Shown in pieces: positions 36,595 through 48,697 of a stretch of 64,000 nucleotides of DNA. Position 1 is the stretch's first letter. The number at the start of each line of letters is the position of its first letter. This stretch comes from Candidatus Latescibacterota bacterium (GTDB lineage: Bacteria > Latescibacterota > CBDEFO01), in contig CBDEFO010000008.1 of the NCBI GenBank assembly GCA_965237525.1, positions 704,001-768,000 on the forward strand, read 5' to 3'. Under the pieces are notes generated by a model, which did no database searches, was not told the DNA's origin, and was given only the letters and a program-made list of their open reading frames with translations. The translations under genes were made by a program, and so were the position numbers.

Positions 36595-38941
36595 CTATGA
36601 GTTATCTGCTGGCCGAAGGTGGTAGAGACGTGCTTGAAAGTCACGTCTGAGTTTGACTTCAAAAGTCCGTTTTCTCGCATTCAAACGAGCCACCACCTCA
36701 TCGGTGAAAAGATCAACCACCTCCAGACTGGCCTGCCCCGGTACCGTTACCTTAGCCCGCGCAGCTCCAGGTGAGTAGTCCGAGACAAGTAAGTAAGACA
36801 GTTTCGTCTCCCTGTTTCCTTGCCAGCAGATTCGCCGATTCAGTGTCAGCGGTGTATCCAGCCTGAATCCCGCCGTCCAGAATGATGTCCTCAACGGGAG
36901 AAAACATCTTGATCGCCTCGGACATATCCGCCAGATGACCGGTGGTCGCTCCCAGGAAGTATCCCCAGGCAATCACGCCCTGCGAGCCGCCCATGAGGGC
37001 TTCGAGCACCTGAGACCGGGCGTCGCCCGGCGGGCTCCACTGGTACCCGGGGCAAATCGCGATCACGAGCTTCTTACCCGTCAGCGGTGCAAGCCGGGCG
37101 ACTGTCTTGCGCACGCCGTAGGCGTCCTCATAGACCATGTTCGCGACGTAGTCCAGCACGGTCGCTAGTGATTCGTTGCAGTGCAGGCCGTGGAGCGGCC
37201 CGCCCCCGATGTAGGCCCCGAGCATCGTCCGCTCCGTCGTCTTCACGCCGTTCTCTTCGACGGCCTTGTGGAATGCATCCCGCATGATCCCGTACCTTTC
37301 GGCCACCAGGTCGCAGCGGAATCGCAGCCATGCATCGTAATGCTTGCGGTACTTGTGCGGCCGCCTGGCGAACACGTTGGGCTCAACGCCCGCTAGCTCC
37401 GGCTCGTGCCCGGCCACCCACTCCTTCCAGCGCTGGATGGTGCGGGGGTGAAAACCGATGGCGGCGCTGTTGGCTGAGCCGAGGTAGCCCTCGTCGTCGA
37501 GCGTCAGGGCCGACGACACCGTGCCTCTGGCCTTGATAAGGTCGATAAAGGGCTGCAAGGCGGGGCCCCGGTATGAAGGGGATAACAGTCTCTCCTTGGA
37601 GGGATTCCCGTCCAACGTGACTGCCAGGGCCTCGGGGTTCTTCTCATTCCCCACTTCCCCCAAGACGCGAGGGCCGCCGGACAAGCCGGCAGCGCCGTAT
37701 ATGCCGTTCTTGTAGAACCCGCGAGGGTCACCCCAGCCCCACACCTCAAGGTGGTTGAACCCGAAACGCTTGATGTCACGGACCATGGCCGGTTCGCTGT
37801 CGTCCCAAATATAGGCCGTTAAAGTGTTAATGCCGAGGGTCATCATGGCGCGGTTGGGCGCGGCGACATCCGGCAGCGCGATGCCCTTGAACCGCACGGG
37901 AGTCGGAAGCTGATACCCGCCCTTCCACTCGAACTGGACGTATCCCACCGCGTCCTCGCCGGGGGCGAGTTCGCTGTCGACCACCAAATAGTTGCCGCCC
38001 GCCGGCAGCTCGACGCGCTGAAATCCATTTGACATCTGGCTGACGCTCGGGGTGATTTTTCTGTTCTGATGCTTTCGGAAGCGCACACCGGGCGGAAGGG
38101 CTAACGAAACTCGCCCCTCCGGCGCCTCCGCATTCATCCCGCCGATGATGTACAGGGGATTCGGGAACCCTTTGGCCACGCGGCAGACAGCTCCTTTCGG
38201 CAAGGCATAGCCGTGCTTGTTGCGTTCGGGGTCGACGGGCGGACCATACTGCCAGGGGTGGCGATTATTAACCGAGGAGTAGTACCAAGCGGCCTCGACT
38301 TGGCCGACCTCACGAACCGACGGCGCCGAAAAGAGCAGCTCCCCGCTCCATCCGCCGCCGACTCCCACGGTGCGCCCCCCACCACCCATCGTCAGGGTCA
38401 TGCGATCCTGATCCGCCGAATTGGCAAACGCGTGAAGAGGGCGCCAACCTTTCTGGGGCCACTCGAAGGAATCGTAGATAAAGGTCTGGCCGGCGTAGCT
38501 GCTGCGGCCGCCCTTCAGGGTGATGCTGGGGGAGAAGTCGAAGGAAGCCATACCCTCCGTGTTCACCCAGATCTCGGCAACGTACCAGCGCCAGGGCTGG
38601 ACCTGGATCTCCTGACTGATGCGGGAGGCGCCCAACTCGTCGTGGTAGATGCGAATGGCTGCAGCGCCCGGCTGCTGGCCTGGCAGCAGGGGTCTGTTGG
38701 AGGTGCCTACGACTTCTGCCGGCTGCCTGACAGCCTCCACCGTGCACTCGCTCTTCTGGTCCTTGGCTATCTCCAGCTTCCATCCGAAGTCGCTGTCGCC
38801 GGGTTTGCCCTGGCTGAAACCGCTGTTTACAAGCAGGTTCCCGTGATTGTCGGCGGCAGCAGCACAGGCCAGATCCCCGATAAAGTCATTCGGGGACAGG
38901 CCCAGAATCAACATCCCCATCCAGACACTCTTCATAGTCAT
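36595..38941 (-). pseudogene. Array copy G2, frameshifted by a 4-bp duplication near 36790
   Basis: gagacaAGTAAGTAagacag versus gagacaAGTAagacag in G1. The remaining C-terminus is read in ORF 36595..36972. Confidence 0.8.
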
Positions 38942-39361
38942 CTCCTTTTTCTCCTTTCATGAATGTCGCTTACGTCTGAATGCATTCCCCGATAGAGTCA
39001 TTCGGGGACAGGCCCCCGATAGAGTCATTCGGGGACAGGCACACCTGTCGCGCCGAGATCCCTGCCCACGTGATCTGGATACCTTCCTCGGAGTTCACTT
39101 TGTAGGGGCGAACCCCGATTGAATCTATCGGGGTCCACTCGCCCGCAAGGGCAGACACACGGGTCTGCTGACCCCCCTTTTAGTCCCCCCTTGTTAAGGG
39201 GGGATACAGAGGGGTTGAATGTAGGGGCGAACACGCGGGTTAGCCCAGTAGTCGGGGCGTCCGGGCGCACATCGGCCTCGGCTGAGGTTCTTTCCATCCG
39301 GATGCTCTGACGTGTTCGGCTTCGGAAAGGTTTGGCCATGGGCTAACCTCCAAAATAAGTG

Positions 39362-41683
39362 CTATGAGTTATCTGCTGGCCGAAGGTGGTAGAGACGTGC
39401 TTGAAAGTCACGTCTGAGTTTGACTTCAAAAGTCCGTTTTCTCGCATTCAAACGAGCCACCACCTCATCGGTGAAAAGATCGACCACCTCCAGGCTGGCC
39501 TGCCCCGGTACCGTTACCTTCACCCGCGCACCTCCAGGTGAGTAGTCCGAGATAAGTAAGACAGTTTCGTCGCCCTGTTTCCTTGCAAGCAGATTCGCCG
39601 ATTCAGTGTCAGCGGCGTATCCAGCCTGAATCCTGCCGTCCAGAATGATGTCCTCAACGGGGGAAAACATCTTGATCGCCTCGGACATATCCACCAGGTG
39701 ACCGGTGGTCGCTCCCATGTAGTATCCCCAGGCAATCACGCCCTGCGAGCCGCCCATGAGGGCTTCGAGCACCTGAGACCGGGCGTCGCCCGGCGGGCTC
39801 CACTGGTACCCGGGGGAAATCGCGATCACGAGCTTCTTACCCGTCAGCGGTGCAAGCCGGGCGACTTGCTTGCGCACGCCGTAGGCGTCCTCATAGACCA
39901 TGTTCGCGACATAGTCGAGCACGGGCGCTAGTGATTCGTTGCAGTGCAGGCCGTGGAGCGGCCCGCCCCCGATGTAGGCCCCGAGCATCGTCCGCTCCGT
40001 CGTCTTCACGCCGTTCTCTTCGACGGCCTTGTGGAATGCATCCCGCATGATCCCGTACGCTTCGGCCACCAGGTCGCAGCGGAATCGCAGCCATGCATCG
40101 TAATGCTTGCGGTACTTATGCGGCCGTCTGGCGAACACATTGGGCTCAACGCCCGTTAGCTCCGGCTCGTGCCCGGCTACCCACTCCTTCCAGCGCTGGA
40201 TGGTGCGGGGGTGAAAACCGATGGCGGCGCTCTTGGCCGAGGCGAGATAGTTCTCGTCGTTGAGCGTCAGGGCGGACGACATCGTGGCCGTTTGCTTGAT
40301 ACGGTCGATAAAAGGCTGCAATGCGGGGCCCCGGTATGAAGGGGATATCAGGTCCTCCTTGGTGGGATTTCCGTCCAACGTCACTGCCAGGGCCTCGGGG
40401 TTCTTCTCCATGACGCGAGGGCCACCCCCCCAGGCAGTGACACCGTAAATGCCGTTCTTGTAGTACCCGCGAGGGTCACCGCCCCACACCTCAAGGTGGT
40501 TGAACCCGAAATGCTTGAGGTCGCGGACCATGGCCGGTTGATTGTCGTCCCAGTTATAGACCGTCCCACCGCCAATGCCGAGAGTCATCATGGCGCGGTT
40601 GGGCGCGGCGACATCCGGCAGCGCGATGCCCTTGAACCGCACGGGAGTCGGAAGCTGATACCCGCCCTTCCACTCAAACTGGACGTATCCCACCGCGTCC
40701 TCGCCGGGGGCGAGTTCGCTGTCGACCACCAAATAGTTGCCGCCCGCCGGCAGCTCGACGCGCTGAAATCCATTTGACATCTGGCTGACGCTCGGGGTGA
40801 TTTTTCTGTTCTGGTGCTTTCGGAAGCGCACGCCGGGCGGAAGGGCTAACGAAACTCGCCCCTCCGGCGCCTCCGCATTCATCCCGTCGGTGATGTACAG
40901 GGGATTCGGGAACCCTTTGGCCACGCGGCAGACATCTCCTTTCTGGAGTGCATAGCCGTGCTCGTTGCGTTCGGGGTCGATGGGCGGACCATACGCGGAG
41001 GGGTGGCGATTACTAACCGAGGAGTAGTACCCAGCGGCCTCGACGAGGCTGACCTCACGAACGGACGGCGCCGAAAAGAGCAACTCCCCACTCCATCCGC
41101 CGCCGACTCGTACGGTGTGATGCCCACCACCCATCGTCAGGGTCATGCGATCCTGATCCGCCGAATGGGCGATCACGTGAAGAGGGCGCCACCCTTTCTG
41201 GGGCCAGTCGAAGGAATCGTAGATAAAGCTCTCGCCGGCAATGCTGCGGCCGCCCTTCAGGGAGATGGTGGGGGAGAAGTCGAAGGTAGCCATACCCTCC
41301 GTGTTCACCCAGATCTCGGCAACGTACCAGCGCCAGGGCTGGACCTCGATCTCCTGAGTGATGTGGGAGGCGCCTAACTCGTCGTGGTAGATGCGAATGG
41401 CTGTAGCGCCCGGCCGCTGGCCTGGCAGCACCGGTCTGTAGGAGGTGCCTACAACTTCTGCCGGCTGACTGACAGTCTCCACCGTGCACTCGCTCTTCTG
41501 GTCCTTGGCTATCTCCAGCTTCCATCCGAAGTCGCTGTCGCCGGGCTTGCCCTGGCTGAAATCGCTGTTTACAAGCAGGTTCCCGTCATTGTCGGCGGCG
41601 GCAGCACAGGCCAGATCCCCGATAAAGTCATTCGGGGACAGGCCCAGAATCAACATCCCCATCCAGACACTCTTCATAGTCAT
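39362..41683 (-). CDS. Secreted CBM + TIM-barrel glycoside hydrolase-like protein, array copy G3
   Basis: 773 aa, close paralogue of G1 and G2. Confidence 0.75.
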   Translation of the reverse strand: MTMKSVWMGMLILGLSPNDFIGDLACAAAADNDGNLLVNSDFSQGKPGDSDFGWKLEIAKDQKSECTVETVSQPAEVVGTSYRPVLPGQRPGATAIRIYHDELGASHITQEIEVQPWRWYVAEIWVNTEGMATFDFSPTISLKGGRSIAGESFIYDSFDWPQKGWRPLHVIAHSADQDRMTLTMGGGHHTVRVGGGWSGELLFSAPSVREVSLVEAAGYYSSVSNRHPSAYGPPIDPERNEHGYALQKGDVCRVAKGFPNPLYITDGMNAEAPEGRVSLALPPGVRFRKHQNRKITPSVSQMSNGFQRVELPAGGNYLVVDSELAPGEDAVGYVQFEWKGGYQLPTPVRFKGIALPDVAAPNRAMMTLGIGGGTVYNWDDNQPAMVRDLKHFGFNHLEVWGGDPRGYYKNGIYGVTAWGGGPRVMEKNPEALAVTLDGNPTKEDLISPSYRGPALQPFIDRIKQTATMSSALTLNDENYLASAKSAAIGFHPRTIQRWKEWVAGHEPELTGVEPNVFARRPHKYRKHYDAWLRFRCDLVAEAYGIMRDAFHKAVEENGVKTTERTMLGAYIGGGPLHGLHCNESLAPVLDYVANMVYEDAYGVRKQVARLAPLTGKKLVIAISPGYQWSPPGDARSQVLEALMGGSQGVIAWGYYMGATTGHLVDMSEAIKMFSPVEDIILDGRIQAGYAADTESANLLARKQGDETVLLISDYSPGGARVKVTVPGQASLEVVDLFTDEVVARLNARKRTFEVKLRRDFQARLYHLRPADNS

Positions 41684-41782
41684 CTCCTTTTTCTCCTTTC
41701 ATGAATATCGCTTACGTCTGAAACTCCATCCCCCGATAGAATCATTCGGGGATAGGCCCCAGACGTGAAATTGTCGCGCTTC

Positions 41783-41810
41783 CTGGATTCCCGTTTTCAC
41801 GGGAATGACA
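41783..41810. repeat. REP-like palindrome with ATTCCC-N8-GGGAAT core
   Basis: CTGGATTCCCGTTTTCACGGGAATGAC. Confidence 0.6.
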
Positions 41811-41979
41811 TTCATTCATATAGCTTCAATCGGGGAGGCCCCCTACGCTGTGTCTTTTCTCTCCACTTTCTCCCCACAAATTCATTATACTACCAGGTGC
41901 ATATCAGGAAGGCATCCGGATGCTCTGACGTATTCGACTTCGGCAAGGCCCGGCCATGGGCTAACCTCCAAAACAAGTG

Positions 41980-44247
41980 CTATGACTTGCCTGCCTGCCG
42001 AAGGTGGTAGAGACGCGCTTGAAAGTCACGTCTGAGTTTGACTTCAAAAGTCCGTTTTTCCGCATCCAAACGAGACACGATCTGGTCGCTGAAAAGATCA
42101 ACCACCTCCAGACTGGCCCGGCCCGGTACCGTTACCTTCACCCGCGCGCCTCCAGGTGAGTAGTCCGAGACAAGTAACACACTTTCGTCACCCTGTTTCC
42201 TTGCAAGCAGATTCGCTGATTCAGTATCGGCGGCGTATCCAGTCTGAAGCTCTCCGTCTAGAATGATGTCCTCAACGGGGGCAAGCATTCTGATCGCCTC
42301 AGCCATATCCACCAGATGACCGGTAGTCATCCCGATGTCATAATTCCAGGCGACAAAGCCCCTTGCACCACCCATCACGGTTTCAAGTACCTGGGAACGT
42401 ACATCGCCAGGCAGACTGCCTAGATATCCCGGCGCCAGGCAGACCACCAGCTTCCCGCCACTAATTGGTGCAATCTTGGCAACTTCTTGGCGGACGCCGT
42501 CCCCATCCAGATAGATCATGGGTGAAATAAAATCCAGAGCCCCGCTCAAGGCCTCAATTGAAGACAGACCCACCAACATCTCCTCCCCTGTGAACGCCCC
42601 CAACTCGGGCTCAGGCGTCGTCTTCACACCGGATTCCTCCACTGCTTTATGGAACACCTGCCGCAGTATGCCAAACCGCTCGGCCACCAGATCACAGCGA
42701 AATCTCAACCATGCCTCGTAGTGCTCCGGATACTTGTGCGCCCGCTTGAAGAACTCCTTAGGGGGAATACCGGCCAAGGGGGGCTTGTGCTGGTCCACCC
42801 ACTCTTTCCAACGTTTCATACAACGGTCGTCGAAACAGATGACCGGGCCAACGCCAGACATCAGGTAAAGCTCGTCGTCCAGATTCACCGCGGAAGTTCT
42901 GCTAGCAGTTTCTCTCAGGCGTTCCAGCCATGGGTTCGTCTTGAAACCCGGACCCCGATATGACGGACACATCACCTTTGTACGTTCTCCATTCAATGCG
43001 ACAGCGACTGACTCAGGGTATTTTTCCGCATCCACGGAAAAGCTGCCTCCGTAGGAGGAGGCTCCCTCCACGCCCATTGTGGCATAGGGTCGAGGATCCC
43101 CGCCCCATAGCTGTAAGCGGTTGAAGCCCAAGTGCTTCATGTCCCGGACCATAGCCTCCCGCCCGTCGAGGCCAGGTTTGAAGTTCTCCCAATTCAGGTA
43201 AGCAGCCCCGTAGACATCAAGTGCAGTGACGATTCGTCTCGGCGCGGTGACCTTCGGTAGTACCACTCCTTCGAACACGACTGGCCTCGGAAGTTGATAG
43301 CCTCCCTTCCACTCGTAGTAGACGTAACCGATTGCCCGCTCGCCCGGCTCCAGGTCGGACTCGATCAGCAACTGGCCCTCGCCAGGCCCCGTATGCAGCT
43401 CGAGGTACATGCCGCCCCGGGCATCCACACCGCCCGATAGATCTGTCACCTCTGGGGGCCTCTTCCCTCCGCCATGAGGTCGCAGCTTAAGGAAGCGAAT
43501 GCCCGCCGGCAGCCACAACGAGATCCTCCCCTCAGGCGCATTGGCGTCCATACGGCCACTGATATAGAACGGGTTCGGGAAGTTGCGGGCTACCCTGCTG
43601 ACGTCATCATTCTGGTTGGCGTACCCATACTGTCCCTTCGCAGGGTCCGAGGAAGGACCGTACCGTGCCGGGTTACGATGGTATCCCGGCAACCGGTGGT
43701 AGCCAACAGCTTCTACTAGGCTTATTTCATGCACAACCGGCTCGCTTAAGAGCAGCTCGCCGCTCCAAGCACCACCGCCTATCGATAATGTCAGCCGCTC
43801 ACTGTCCCCCGAGTGATCATACGCTCGTATCATGCGCCATCCGGATTTCGGCCTGTGATACAAATCCATGAAGTACCGCCACCCGCCACTCTTACGGCCA
43901 CCTTTCAAAGACATGCCAACAACGGACGGATACATTCCGTCGCTCTTAACCCACACCTCGGCCACATACCACCGCCAGGGCCGAACAGCGAACTTTTGGT
44001 CGATGCCCGATGAACTCCGTTCGTCATTGTAAATGCGTACGGCGCTAGTTCCCGGGAGAGGCCCTTCTACAACGGTGCACTCGTTCATCTCTCCCTCAGC
44101 CAGCTCCACTCTCCAGACGAAACTCTCCTGGCCCGGTTTGCCCTGGCTGAAATCGCTGTTTACAAGCAGGTTCCCGTCATTGTCGGCGGCAGCAACCGGG
44201 GCCAGACCCAGAATCAACATCACCATCCAGAGAATCTTCATAGCCAT
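41980..44247 (-). CDS. Secreted CBM + TIM-barrel glycoside hydrolase-like protein, array copy G4
   Basis: Start MAMKILW at 44247 with RBS GAGGAG. Motifs LDDE, ICFDDRC, AWLRFRC. Confidence 0.75.
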   Translation of the reverse strand: MAMKILWMVMLILGLAPVAAADNDGNLLVNSDFSQGKPGQESFVWRVELAEGEMNECTVVEGPLPGTSAVRIYNDERSSSGIDQKFAVRPWRWYVAEVWVKSDGMYPSVVGMSLKGGRKSGGWRYFMDLYHRPKSGWRMIRAYDHSGDSERLTLSIGGGAWSGELLLSEPVVHEISLVEAVGYHRLPGYHRNPARYGPSSDPAKGQYGYANQNDDVSRVARNFPNPFYISGRMDANAPEGRISLWLPAGIRFLKLRPHGGGKRPPEVTDLSGGVDARGGMYLELHTGPGEGQLLIESDLEPGERAIGYVYYEWKGGYQLPRPVVFEGVVLPKVTAPRRIVTALDVYGAAYLNWENFKPGLDGREAMVRDMKHLGFNRLQLWGGDPRPYATMGVEGASSYGGSFSVDAEKYPESVAVALNGERTKVMCPSYRGPGFKTNPWLERLRETASRTSAVNLDDELYLMSGVGPVICFDDRCMKRWKEWVDQHKPPLAGIPPKEFFKRAHKYPEHYEAWLRFRCDLVAERFGILRQVFHKAVEESGVKTTPEPELGAFTGEEMLVGLSSIEALSGALDFISPMIYLDGDGVRQEVAKIAPISGGKLVVCLAPGYLGSLPGDVRSQVLETVMGGARGFVAWNYDIGMTTGHLVDMAEAIRMLAPVEDIILDGELQTGYAADTESANLLARKQGDESVLLVSDYSPGGARVKVTVPGRASLEVVDLFSDQIVSRLDAEKRTFEVKLRRDFQARLYHLRQAGKS

Positions 44248-44628
44248 CTCCTCTTTCTTCCTGTGTGAATGCCGGTTACATTTGAAAATCCATCCCCCGA
44301 TAGAATCATTCGGGGACAGGACTTTCGGCAAGCCGATTACCAACAACTGAGACCATAGCAGAGATCAGCCGCCAATCGACGCTTCCCGGCGGAAGCAATC
44401 CCCGATAGAGTCATTCGGGGACAGGCACAACTGTCGCGCCGAGATCCCTGCCTACGTGATCTTAACATCGTGCTTGACGCTTACTTCGATCAGATTCTAG
44501 CCGAGGCTGATGGCGTCCGGGGGCACGTCATAAACTCCCCCGTCACGGCTGAGGCTCTTCCCATCCGGATGCTCTGACGTGTTCGGCTTCGGAAAGGTTT
44601 GGCCATGGGCTAACCTCCAAAATAAGTG

Positions 44629-46907
44629 CTATGAGTTATCTGCTGGCCGAAGGTGGTAGAGACGTGCTTGAAAGTCACGTCTGAGTTTGACTTCAAAAGT
44701 CCGTTTTCTCGCATCCAAACGAGCCACCACCTCATCGGTGAAAAGATCAACCACCTCCAGACTGGCCTGCCCCGGTACCGTTACCTTAGTCCGCGCACCT
44801 CCAGGTGAGTAGTCCGAGACAAGTAAGACAGTTTCGTCACCCTGTTTCCTTGCAAGCAGATTCGCCGATTCAGCGTCAGCGGCGTATCCAGGCTGAAGCT
44901 CGCCGTCTAGAATGATGTCCTCAACGGGGGAAAACATCTTGATGGCCTCGGACATATCCGCCAGGTGACCCGTAGTCATCGGACCGATGTCATAGTTCCA
45001 GGCGACGAAGCCCCTTGCACCACCCATCACGGTTTCAAGTACCTGCGACCTGGCGTCACCGGGCGGACTATTGTCATATCCCGGCGCCAGGCAGACCACC
45101 AGCTTCCCGCCACTAACTGGCGCTATCTCAGCAACTTCTTGGCGGACGCCGTCCCCATCCAGATAGATCATGGGTGAAATAAAATCCAGAGCCCCGCTCA
45201 AGGCCTCAATTGAAGACAGACCCACCAACATCTCCTCGCCTGTGAACGCCCCCAACTCCGGCTCGCGCGTCGTCTTCACACCGGATTCCTCCACTGCTTC
45301 ATGGAACACCTGCCGCAGTATGCCAAACCGCTCGGCCACCAGATCACAGCGAAATCTCAACCATGCCTCGTAGTGCTCCGGATAGTTGTGCGCCCGCTTG
45401 AAGAACTCCTTAGGGGAAATACCGGCCAGGCCAGGCCTGTGCTCGCCCACCCACTCTTTCCAACGTTTCATACAACGGTCGTCGAAACAGATGACCGGGC
45501 CAACGCCAGACATCAGGTAAACCTCGTCGTCCAGATTCACCGCGGAAGTTCTGCTAGCAGTTTCTCTCAGGCGCTCCATCCATGGGTTCGTCTTGAAACC
45601 CGGACCCCGATATGACGGGCACATCACCTTCGTACGTTCTCCGTTCAATGCGACAGCGACTGACTCAGGGTATTTTTCCGCATCCACGGAAAAGCTCCCT
45701 CCGTAGGAGACGGCACCCTCTACACCCATTCTGGCATAGGGTCGAGCATCCCCACCCCATAGCTGTAACCGGTTGAAGCCCAAACGTTTCATGTCCCGGA
45801 CCATAGCCTCCCGCCCGTCCAGGCCAGGTGTGAAGTTCTCCCAATTCAGGTAAGCAGCCCCGTAGACATCAAGTGCAGTGACGATTCGCCTCGGCGCAGT
45901 GACCTTCGGCAGTTCTACCCCTTCAAATGCAACCGGCCTCGGAAGCTGATAGCCGCCGTTCCACTCGTAATAGACGTACCCCGTCGCCCGCTCGCCCGGC
46001 TCCAGGTCGGACTCGACCAGCAGGTTGGTCTCGCCAGGGCCAGTATGCAGCTCGAGGTACATGCCGCCCCGGGCATCCACACCGCCCGATAGATCTGTCA
46101 CTTTTGGGGGCCTCTTACCTCCGCCATGAGGTCGCAGTTTAAGGAAGCGAATGCCCGCCGGCAGCCACAATGAGACCCTTCCCTCAGGGTCTTCAGGGTC
46201 CGGTATGTCCATCGAGATCCGCAACGCATTCGGGAAGTCCCGAGCTAATCGGCTGACGTCCCTTCGCAGGAAGGCATACCCGGGCAGTCCCTTCTCAGGA
46301 TCGATGGGAGGACCGGACCATATGCTGGATGGCGGTCGGCTGGTTTGGGGTGGTACGAGAGCGCTTCCACCTGGCTGCACTCACGGACGACCGGTTCGCT
46401 TAAGAGCAGCTCGCCGCTCCAGCCGCATCACCGCCTATCCATAGTGTCAGCCGCTCACTGTCCCCCGAGTGATCGTACACCCGTATCATGCGCCATCCTG
46501 ATTTCGGCCTGTGATAAAGATCCATGTAGTACCGCCACCCGCCACGCCTTACGGCCACCTTTTAAAGAGAAGCCAACTACGGAAGGATACATCCCGTCGC
46601 TCTTAACCCACACCTCGGCGACATACCACCGCCAGGGTCTAACAGCCACATTCCTGACTGATGCCCGATGAACTCCTTTCGTCATTGTAAATACGTACTG
46701 CGCTAAGTTTCCAGGCTGGTGCCCTTCTACCACGGTGCACTCGTTCTTCTCTCCCTCAGCCAGCTCCACCGTCCAGCCGAAACTCTCCTCGCTCGGATTG
46801 CCCTGGCTGAAATCGCTGTTCACAAGCAAGTTCCCGTTAAAATCGGCGGCAGAAATTCGGGCCAGACCCAGAATCACCATCACCATCAAGAGAATCTCCA
46901 TAGCCAT
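44629..46907 (-). pseudogene. Array copy G5 with several frameshifts at ~46345-46720
   Basis: The N-terminus (MAMEILL...) and the 583-aa C-terminal ORF both match G4. Several single-base indels lie between them and may be consensus errors. Confidence 0.75.
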
Positions 46908-47061
46908 CTCCTTTTTCTTCCTGTATGAATGCCGGTTACGTTTGAAAATCCATCCCCCGATAGAATCATTCGGGGACAGGACTTTCCCCAAACCCATCCC
47001 AACAACTGAAACTCTAGGGTAGATCGCCCGCCTATGGAAGCTTCCCCGCGTTGCATGAAAC

Positions 47062-48669
47062 CTATCGCACCGAGATCTCTACCCACGTGATCTTGACATC
47101 TTCCTCGGGGTTCACTTCGATCAGATTGTAGCCGTCGCTGAGGGACTCCGGGGGCACGTCATATACGTGGCGGCGCGGCTCAGGCTCTTTCCATCCGGAC
47201 GCTTTGACGTGTTCGGCTTCGACAAGTCCCGACCATGGACAGGGGATGCCGTTGAGACGTACGTCCAGCGGCTGATCCTGTTCCGGCACCACCAGCTCAA
47301 TCCGGGCGTTCTGTTGTGAGAGTGGTTTCGGTCCGATGTGAAGGCGGAAGACACCGTGCGTGCCGGCGTAAGGGAGCGACCTGGCTTCACCCGGCTCACC
47401 CTCCGCCCAGGGGTTCATGATGGTGATCGCATGCCGCCGCGGCCCAGCGCGAAGCTCTGCATAGGACCCTGCGTCCCTCAGCAGCTCGTCGTGGTCCTCG
47501 CGCGGCCAGCCATACGGTCCCGTAAAGAGATTGAAGAAGTATACCGCGTCGGCCCCGCGGTGCAGAGCGCTCACCAATACCCCGCGCATCTCCTCATGCG
47601 TCATCGTACGACGCCCGCTGTCGCCCGAATTGATCCCGTCCTCCAGATGCACCGCGACGGCGACGTCCGTACCGATGAGCAGACCTTTCCAGGTCTCGAT
47701 AGGCATGTCACTATCGACGGAGAACCAAAACGATCCGGACACGATCAGGTCCACGAGCCCTCTCTTGGCCCAGGGATCGCATCCAATCCGTGCCTGCGGG
47801 CGATCCACGGAGTTGTAGGTACGCGCACGGCGAGTTCGACGGGATGCCCCAATCGCTTCGCGGCCCCTTCTGTCGCCTGCCGCGCCTGCTCCACAAAAGC
47901 TGTCATCAGCTTCGCACCTTCGTGCTCGCTGCCGGCGCGAAAGTAGAGCCAGAAACGCAGAAAATCCAGTTCCAGACCGTCCAGATCGTAGCGGGAACAC
48001 ACCTCCCGGACGAGTTTCATATAGTGCTCACGCACCTCGGGCTGTTCGTAGTCCAGGCCATATGCAAGGCGCCATTCCGGATGTGACTTCCAGATCGTGC
48101 TGTGGGCCGGATGATCCGCGAGATGGGGGTTGTGGTCGTCGTTCATTCGCAGCGAGATCCACGCCTTTACTTGGTTTCGTCGCGCACGGTCGATCATTCT
48201 CTTCGGGTAGTCGCATCCCTGCTCGTGAAGCGCCAGCATGTTCTTGAACCACCCCGTCTCGAACCTGCGTTTCGGGTCAAGTCCCGCGAAGAACGCCTGG
48301 TCGTCACCGAGATTCGGGTCGTAGCCGTCCCAATATGATTCCCACACATCGCTCCGGTAGTTGGTGCGCTTTGCGTTGACGTTGACGAAGAGATCGGTGA
48401 TTCCGAGTGCAGCGTGCGTGTCCACGAACTTGTCGATCGTATCGGGGACAATGGGACCGAACGTCCCCATAAAGAACTGAGTGCAGTCCAGGTTGTAGAT
48501 GACCTTCCCTCGGGCAGCATTAGCATCATTCATCTCGGCTTCTCCTGTGGAATCACTGTTTGCAAGCAGGTTGCCGTCATTGTCGGAGGCGGCAACACCG
48601 GCCAGATCCCCGATAGAGTCATTCGGGGACAGGCCCAGAATCAACATCCCCATCCACTACACTCTTCAT
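47062..48669 (-). pseudogene. DUF187/GHL10-like glycoside hydrolase, frameshifted near 47775 and 48657
   Basis: KVIYNLD, WISLRMNDDH, LDYEQPEVR, YDLDGLELDFLR, then WAKRGLVDLIV...GADAVYFFN in another frame. Confidence 0.75.
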
Positions 48670-48697
48670 GGCCAACTCCTCTTTCTTCCTGTATTAG

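Noticed and set aside
32940..47790. Programmed frameshifting in the isomerase, G5 and DUF187-like genes
   Set aside because: These are single-base indels, two of them in short C-runs, with no slippery heptamer or hairpin. Long-read consensus error or decay is more likely.
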